A stretch of DNA of 47,574 nucleotides from Tubulanus polymorphus (lineage: Eukaryota > Animalia > Nemertea), in the NCBI RefSeq assembly GCF_964204645.1, contig NW_027437485.1, positions 1 to 47,574 on the forward strand, written 5' to 3'. Below the pieces are notes generated by a model, which was given only the letters and a program-made list of their open reading frames with translations, was not told the DNA's origin and made no database searches. Each line of letters starts with the position of its first letter. Position 1 is the first letter of the stretch. The position numbers and the translations under genes are program-made. Shown one piece after another: positions 24,701 to 33,700 of this stretch.

Positions 24701-27700
24701 TAATATGATTTCTTGATCCAAATTGATTTTTTAGGTGTTGTTTAAGAAGTCTAAAGAGACAACTGATTTGCCAAATGCATTGGGGTACAAGGGAAAAGGC
24801 AAAAGACCCAAAGAAAAGAATAATAGTTCAGGTAAGCATTAACCAGTTGAGGACATCCTGGTAATTGAAATTTCAAGTCTTCTTTCTAGGATGTTATTAA
24901 CACGTTCGCTGCCGCTGTCGAGATAAATCAGTTTGCCATGACGAGTTATATCGTTATCGATTCAATGTCATTTCATAGCGTTATGAATGACAGAGGCGAG
25001 AAACCAGCTGGCAGTATGGAGAGACTGGGATATTATTTATGGGGTAACTCAAGTCTGGTGCACACTTGAAATTTTTTCAAAGAAATCTTCAAAAAGCAAT
25101 GAATTTTAGCTTCTTTTCCGGCCAATATTTAGAGAGAATATAACGACTAAAATCATTCTATATCATTTTTAGGCCAGCCTTAGGCTGAGCCTATTACTAT
25201 ACAAATGCAGTGAATGACATGGTTTCCAGAGCAAAGGCTCTTTGTCTGTGCAACTGAGCATATATACATACAAATCATTCATTAAAGCATTATCCATTCT
25301 CCAAACTCTACGTAGCTGAATTTTGAAAGAGGGCCTCGTTAAAATTTATATGAGCTTTTTCGCGAGTATCTGATCGCAAAAATATTGGTTTTGAAAAGCC
25401 AATCTGAAAGCAAAGACTCCTCTATGGTTAGCTTAGCCGCAGAAATCAGCAGGTGTTCACGTGAACCCGCGGTATCCTCTACCGTTTTACTTCCTGGTTT
25501 TGTTTTTAGATCTAAAATTGTATTTCAAGATCGATTTCTGTGAAAGCTTTAGTTGATTTAGTTTTTGGAAGGAATATTTTTATTAGCACTACAGAAAATA
25601 TCATTGACCATTGTGCAAAGTTTGGAAAAAATTGCTTTTTCTAAAAATCGGATAGGTGACCTTGATATGCTAATTTGCCATGTGCTCAAACTACAAATTC
25701 AATCAAATTTTATTCTGCAAAAAAATATCAAATCCAATTCAATTTTGTTTTATTGAGCAAATTTCAGAAAATTCATTTCTATTCGGCATTAAAATCAATA
25801 AGACCAAGAGAAAAGATTTATCTGAGGTATTTGTTCCTGCCAGATCCTGTCGCTGTCTGTGCTACTTTTGTATTCTACGATTGTATTGTGTAAATTATTA
25901 GGTATTGACTCTCAGCTGAGAGTGTTATTTTGACAAATTGAACCCACAGAATGCATCATCATTTGCCATTTTATGAAAAGCTGACAGGCTGGCCATAGTG
26001 CCCCTTGGGGCTCTTGTTACAATGAAACCTTTTTTCTTTTAGATTTTTATTTGACTTTTCACACTTTTCACTGGCAATGGGGACACGAAAAAATTGAGAA
26101 TCTCTTCACCATAGCCATTGAGGAGTTATCTCGTCATGTGGTTTTTATGGTCGAAGACCATATAGGGATCGTCGCTGGTAAAAATTCTAATAGTATCTCT
26201 ACTATAATGGATATAGTCTCATAATGCTATATCGATATAGAACTGATAATCCAATAAAAAGTTGTCTGTAACGCGTCATTTGCCTATATGCATGATCCTA
26301 GCTATGAACATCATAGCCTGTTGTACCTAAGGTCCCAAAATCGTGATGAATTATGGAAAGTTTTGAGGCGCACGAAGGGCTTACCATATCAGTGAATTGT
26401 CTATATCGGTTTTACTCAGCAATGAAGTGTTATCCCCATCACTATCCTCACAGGTGCTCGCATACTAATACATTCGTAAGTAGTTCATAGATGCTGCGCA
26501 GTTTGTGGTTTATGCTGACAGAGAGAGTATCGGTAAGGTGGTCTCTGCTGTGTAAGTCATTCACTAGCCTGGATATTATTTCTTGAAAGCACTGCGAGTG
26601 AAGGATTTTCTTCATGCAATGAAAATTACCAGTAATGCCAGCCGGTATCATATATCACGCCATTCAATGCTGTATTCTTGGGAAATACCCCGAGTGAGTT
26701 ATAGGACATGTAATAGTAGACTAGAGACAGCAGTGCTGTATACACACAGCGAGACAAGCGGCTGTGTCCCGCCTCGTATAAACACAGGCCGACTCAGATT
26801 GACTGACGAAAGATAAACTGTTCGGCGCGCGGTACTAGAAAAAAAGATATAATGAGATACGCAGGGCTTCCGTGATCGTGTCCGTTCTCTTTATTTGGAA
26901 AAAATTGTAAAGGCGTATCTATGCCAAGCACATCAGGCGTCAAAGTTTGGAAAGTTTGAGGATTTTTAGAGCCATTTTAAGTGCATTCCTGTTACCATGT
27001 GGTCTTTGGTTAATAAAAATTACCACTAGTAGTAGTGCACAGTGTCACATGAACTTCATTCATTGAAGCATCATACGCACAGAGAACACAGTTTCATTGA
27101 TTAACGCGTGTACTATACCATTATGGGAAATAGGGTGGGTAGGATGTCTGGGACGATTACACTATGCTTTTAAGGAAATGTAGATCCACGCATTTTATAT
27201 TTGAAAAAGGTCGTTATATTGAAAGAAACTAAAAAACAAACACTTTAATGTCTTAAGAAAAAAAATAATCAGTTATTTTCACAATTCCTCAAAGAATTTT
27301 TCAGGACTTTGGGAAAATAGGACCACTTTTGTCTGGGGGAAAATGTCCATAATGGTTAAAAGAAACCCTGGAAACACCTGAATTGCCTTCCACTAAAACT
27401 GATATCTCCTTATGCTCTGTCTTCGACCATATGGACCTTATGGACCTCTTGTTTATACTAAAATAGATCAGTGTACCAATTTATCAATGTACAAATATTG
27501 CTGGCAGCATATAAATTGTATAATGTCAAAAATTAGCGTTGGCAAAGCCAACTGGACCTTAAACCGCTAGGTGGCAGCGAACATGTTAAACGGTAATTCT
27601 TAAAAAAAATTACATTTTTTCATTATTGACACTTGATTCTTTATTCACTATTCTTGAGTAGAAAAGCGATCAGCGCATATTTTGTATTCTAGAAATGTTT

Positions 27701-30700
27701 AGATCCTTTAACTCAATATATAATTAACTTAATATACAAATTATGAAATTCCTGATAAGAAAATTTATTGTGCATCAAATATTCATCCCTTTCCTGCCTT
27801 ACCTTGGGTTTTCTGTATGATCGGGGGTCTATTGAGGTGTTTTCTGTGATCCTCTTTAACCAACTTGGGGCATAAGTCGCTGCAGGCTATTACATTAAAT
27901 TGTCTTGGTAATTGGTTTATACAGTAGACCTTGCTTACTGGTCAAGTGCCCTCTAAATAGAATATTGTGTAAAACCTATTTTCTAAATGTGATATGTGTA
28001 TAAATGATAAGTGTGGTGCGATTTATGAATAGCATAGCTATGGCAAACTAATAGATTTGATTTAAAACAATGAGCTTTATTTAGATAGATTTTATAACAA
28101 TTTGTGGTGAAATAAGCAGTGTACGTCTGAAATAATCCAACAGTTTCCAGGCTCTAATCCTGCACCACATAATCACCGGCTGCATATGCTATATAGGTCA
28201 ATGATTTAATTTTACTGATTTAAGACAAATTAGTGATTTTTTTATAAGGCTGATCCCAGGTCGTCATTTATATACTTGACTATCATTTGGGAAGTAAATC
28301 TAAAAAAAGTAGGAATTAGAGGGCGCTTGACCTTTAAGTTGGATCTTTTGGGACAAAGAAAAATCATCTGACTTAGAATAAGTCGGATTTCCAGCAATTT
28401 CCAAAAAATTACGAATTGAAAATTAATTTCTTTAAATGGAAAAATCAAACATCTAAAAGAAATGATTTTTGTGGTCGGGTTGCGTAGCAACGCTGACCAC
28501 GATGTTTTAGTGGTTCGACTTGCACTTCATTTTCCCACTTTTCTCTGTTATTTGACATAAGATTGCTCTGTAACTTGCTCAGTCAGTCTGAAATTCGTTG
28601 CGCTTTCCTGAGTTTGTTAAAAGAAAGAACGAATTTATTTCTGAAAGAAAATGAAGGAATTCTGTAAAGAAAATAATTATTTTCCCGCCTGATGTCATAT
28701 CGGGATATCCCTTGACTTTTGTGCACTGATATGGCTGTGGTGATCGGCCTTTCCAAAAAAAAGAATTCTTACTCGTTGAGGTATGCCGCTACTTGTTGTA
28801 TTGTATATCGTAGGCCTAAAAAACATTTTCGATGAAATTTTAATTAACAACGTATATTTGGTTATGATATGAGGCCTGGGCAATAACATAAAACCAGCAC
28901 TTCATAAAACTAGCGATGACAATAAAACCAATGACATAAAACCAGCGCGTAAGCAGCTAAGACTTGTGTCTTCCGAAAACCGGTTCATCATGTATCACGT
29001 GACTATTACAGTTTTCCGATCCTCACTTCAAAAGTTAAGAACTGAATGAAATTAATTGTTGTCATCCGATTTACTCTATCTAAAATTCAGAGAAAGATGA
29101 GAAAGATCTCCTACTGTGCTGAAAGTTCCATGTTGATGTGCGGCGTAGTTAGCAATATTTACTGCAGAGCTAAGTTGATAGCGCCATCGTTTTAGTAACA
29201 CGTGTAGCTCACCAAAATCAACAAAGCCATTCATCTTTAGAGAAGGGATAATCTATTGATAGAAAAAGATTCGTTTGAAAATATTTGAACTAAAATTAAT
29301 TATGCATACCCCCGGGGTTGTCTTGACAATAAAAATTTTGTATCGATATGCAAATCAAATTTTTAAACAATACTAATTTGCATTAAAAAACACCATACAG
29401 GGCGACTAACATTGTGTAGTATATAGTTAAAATCGAACACACGTTTTGATGCGGTCTGTTTGCTACGATCCTGCCTCTGTGCGGGTATCGACTTGATGAC
29501 CCTACGTCACACTTGCACTGGAATATTTTGCGTTTATTTTTCCAATCTAATACATTAACCACAACTAAAATAATGACTGTTGACATGTATACTTGATTTC
29601 AAGCCAGTAACAGTGATCAAAAAAGGGAGGAAACAATCTGCAATGCAAAGAAAATAGCCTCTGACTTTCGTTCAGTGAATTTAACTGATATTTATTTTGA
29701 GACCAAGAAAGGTACTACGAAATAGGCGAAAAAGAGAAAGAAAAATCGGGACCATCAATATTCATCTGATATAAGCGCTTTTTCCAATTTTCGGCGATCT
29801 GACTTGAACAAGGTTTACTGTACATGTATCTACCCTAAACGCAGCCCAAAAACTGGCCTGATAGGTGGGAGCTGTGGCCACCCACAACAATCTATGCTGT
29901 GGGTCAGATTTGCCAAAACTCGAGCCCTTGTAAAGCAAAGCTGTTATAATAATATGTGAAATAATGTTTCTAAATTGCAGAATCTTCGCCCTCTCCATCT
30001 CCGAGCCCATTGAAAGTATCGCTTTCTCCTGGTCCTTCAGAGAAAAGAAATAAGAATTACACACCTAATGGTTCTCCGACAAAAAAGGTAAGCTTCGAAT
30101 AATATACATGTGCATCAGTGAAATCTATATGGTTCTTATATATCAAGTTGTACGTTGATGTATGTTCATCTATTTGAACCGTAAGATGTTCATCCTAATT
30201 TGAACCGTAGGAACTCCGAATATTTAGCGAAACTTACTTGTTAGCTTTCGCCTGTTTCTACAGGCTTGATCACACTGATGATGTCACTGCTGACGTCATC
30301 CGGGATTCCGGTCGAAGGTGTTTGCGGCTGAGGTACAACACCTTAAACTTGAGGAAGATGAAGAGCTACGATCGTATGATGTCTGTGCTTTGTTCACCAG
30401 CGTACCTGTGGACAAAGCTTTGGAGGTGATCACAACAAGACTCCGTAACGACAACACCTTGAAAGACCGCACACCGTTATCACCTGAAGAGATTATAAGT
30501 CTGTTGTTTCTCTGCCTCAAGTGTACTTATTTCTTGTTTAACGGCGATTACTACCTACAAGTCCATGGTGCTGCTATGGTTTCACCAGTCTCACCCATCG
30601 TATGCAATCTATACATGGAAGAGTTTGAAGAGTTTGCCTTAAGGACGGCATTACATCCTCCCAGGTGGTGGAAACGGTATCTCGATGATACATACACAGT

Positions 30701-33700
30701 ATTGAAGAAGCAGTACGCCGAAGAATTCAGTACCCATCTGAACCAAGTGGACGATGACATAAAATGGACATCGGAGGCTGAATCGGTCAATGTTTTACCG
30801 AGTATTGACGATGGTGGTGACAGTAGGACGGAACGATCTATTGTGTTCTTAGACACGCTATCGGTGGTAAACAGTGACCACACTATCCGCACGAGAGTAT
30901 ACAGAAAAGACACTCATACCGACCAGTACCTGAACTTCAATAGCAACCACCCCCTAGAACACAAGAAGGGTGTTGTGAGAACGTTGAACCACAGGGCGGA
31001 AAGTGTCGTATCGGATCCAGTGGATAAGTTAGAGGAGGTCAACCATGTAAAGAAGGCTCTGAGTTTTAACGACTATCCTACCTGGATCATGTCACGGAAC
31101 CCATGCAAACCGGCTAATAATACTAAGGAAGCTACACAATCCGAAAGGCGGAAAGTCGCTCCCGTCGTGATACCATATATTAAGGGTACCTCAGAACAGT
31201 TACGTCGGGTTATGAAACGATACGGAGTACCGGTGTTCTTCAAACCCATGAACTCTCTACGGCAGATTTTGGTTAGACCTAAGGACAAACTGGATAAATC
31301 GAGAGTAGTGAGTCCGGTGTATCATATCAAGTGCGAACAGTGTAGTGACTCGTACGTAGGTGAAACCGAACGATCCTTAAGAGCCAGATTCGGGGAACAC
31401 AGACGCCCCAGCTCCGTTACGTCAGAGGTGTCGAAACACCTTCATGTCGACCAACCGGGTCACACAGTTGACATTGACAACGTTAGGATTCTCGGTGTTG
31501 AACCCAGATGGTTTGAGAGAGGTGTCCGTACATTGCACTCTTCTCTCAACAAAGACGGGGGCCGTTTTCATCTCCCGGCCATCTGGAACAATGTGCTGTC
31601 CCATTCTAGGGAGGGGGGCACACACATAGCTGATTCTCGAGGGAAGACCGGAATCCCGGATGACGTCAGCAGTGACATCATCAGTGTGATCAAGCCTGTA
31701 GAAACAGGCGAAAGCTAACAAGTAAGTTTCGCTAAATATTCGGAGTTCCTACGGTTCAAATTAGGATACTATATCAAGTTGTATCCCCTTCAGGCCCTAA
31801 CACTGATTCGATGCTGAGATTCAGGCGAGAAGGAATTCGTTATTATAGTTCCAAAAATTGAAATTTTTATTTTATATGTAACAAGTGATAGTTTGTAGTT
31901 TCGAGGTCAGTTTCCACTGTACTATGTCAACCCTCAGGATTTTCATTTCGTTATACACCCAAAATTTTGACCATTCTATGGCTGGCGTTATAACAAGCTT
32001 TGACTGTATATCACGTTCCAAATTAGCTTCCTAATTTTCTATCTATAGGGCATTTGACCTTTATGATTATTCGTGAAAGGTAAAAAGCATAAAAGGTTGC
32101 ATGTATTTTACTGACATATTGAATGAACTATTTGTCATATTTTCATTGAAAACATATGAAATATCTATTCAACAGATTAAATATAATCATGATGAAAGCA
32201 ACGATGGGAAACCAGAGTGTAAATATGGAGCGACCTGTTACCAGACCAATGCTGATCATTTAGCAAATTTTACTCATCCACTGAAAACAGCGGCAAGTTT
32301 TAAATCTAAGGTATGTATAAAACTGTATTCAATTCAATTCATACCGATTCAATATTTATTTCCCAGAAAAATAGCAATATAGATAAGATGATAAAAGATT
32401 AAGAATATAAGATGAGAGTGAAATGAATTAAGGAAAGCTGTGTTTTTCGTTATTCTTCAATGATCAGCAGAAAGTTATTCTCTCGTGCTTGTCGACCAGT
32501 TGATACTATAAAGAGAGCCGTGCTTTCTATCTTTCTAGCGGTCCTTTGATAAATCTGAATCTAACAAGGAAAAGAACGCTAACTTCGATATCAATCCCAT
32601 GTGAATATTTACTCTATGTTAAATCCCTGTAAGCAGGTCGACCTTTACACTGTCTAATTAGGTATTTTTGAATTAGGATTGATTCCTGCCTTGCTGTGCA
32701 GTAAAACGAAGGTTGCCCATTGCATCACTGGTAATTTATTTTTGGATCTGCGAAATTTCATAGATAGATGGCGGATGATGGTGAACAAGAATACGTATCA
32801 CTAGTGGATACCGTAATCAATTATTTTTCCAGTATCAAAGCCTATATTCAAGTTTCTGTGATTAGTGGGTATATAAACCATATATCATTTGAATAAGAGG
32901 CGCATTTGTTTGAAATCAGTTAGCAGGAAAATTGTCTTTGTTCATACCGGTTTACAAAACGATTTTCATAAACCGGCATCTTTGTTTAGACATAAACCTA
33001 AATGGTTTGCATAAACCAAGATCAAACTGACTTCTTAGCCCACTAGGGACTTAGGTCCCAACGGGCTATTGCATTCACTTTTCATCTGTCGTCTGTCCTA
33101 GCATACGTCCGTAGACGGAATCCAGTTATTTTGGAAGGTTTTAAAGACGCAATGTAATGTCTTGATATTTGGTTTACTCATGTATCTACCCTAGACACAT
33201 CTAAAGCCCAAAAACTGGCCCGGTCAGAATCAAGATAGCTGACTGGCAGCCATTGTTGGTTGCCAAAATCAGCACTTTTTATACATTTTTGAAGTTTTCG
33301 AGGGAAATTTTAAAGGGCAAATGCCATCAAAATTGTACTTTCCGTGATTTCTTAACCAGAAGAAACTTTAGTATACATATAACGACCTGAGATGTGACTT
33401 ATTGAAAAAAGGAGCACGAATTAGCCATAATATTTAGAGGAATAGTCATCTATTTATCCATCACTCCGTGCGTATAACTATACAATGGTAAGAGTTAATT
33501 AATTCATATCACTACCAAAACGACAAAACATCGCATAAAATGTCGAGTGAAATGACTGGAAACTGCGAGCATTGTCAGAGATGACGTCAGAAACACGCAC
33601 CTGCTAAGATAAACAATAACAGTGAGCACGTGCTGAAATTGCCGATTTAAAAGTCATATTTCTCAGCAATGGCTGAACTAAAATTTAAACCAGTTCCATA

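Larger units (their letters stand above)
30153..31769 (+). mobile_element. Penelope-like retroelement, 5'-truncated with inverted pLTR, in LIG3 intron 18
   Basis: Identical 122-bp inverted repeats at 30192-30313 and 31646-31767; 14-bp TSD TATATCAAGTTGTA at 30139-30152 and 31770-31783; RT plus GIY-YIG ORF. Confidence 0.94.

Noticed and set aside
30275-30320. Canonical CTGATGA on the + strand of the left pLTR as a hammerhead core
   Set aside because: No stem II followed by GAAA and no stem III downstream.
30238-30429. ORFs at 30238 (+) and 31422-31721 (-) with identical N-termini [12 protein letters not shown]
   Set aside because: A by-product of the 122-bp inverted repeat, not duplicated genes.
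32311-32382. Alternative BRCT-less LIG3 terminal exon (beta-like) by read-through after the PBZ exon
   Set aside because: There is a good GTATGT donor and the read-through peptide looks intronic; no support without transcripts.
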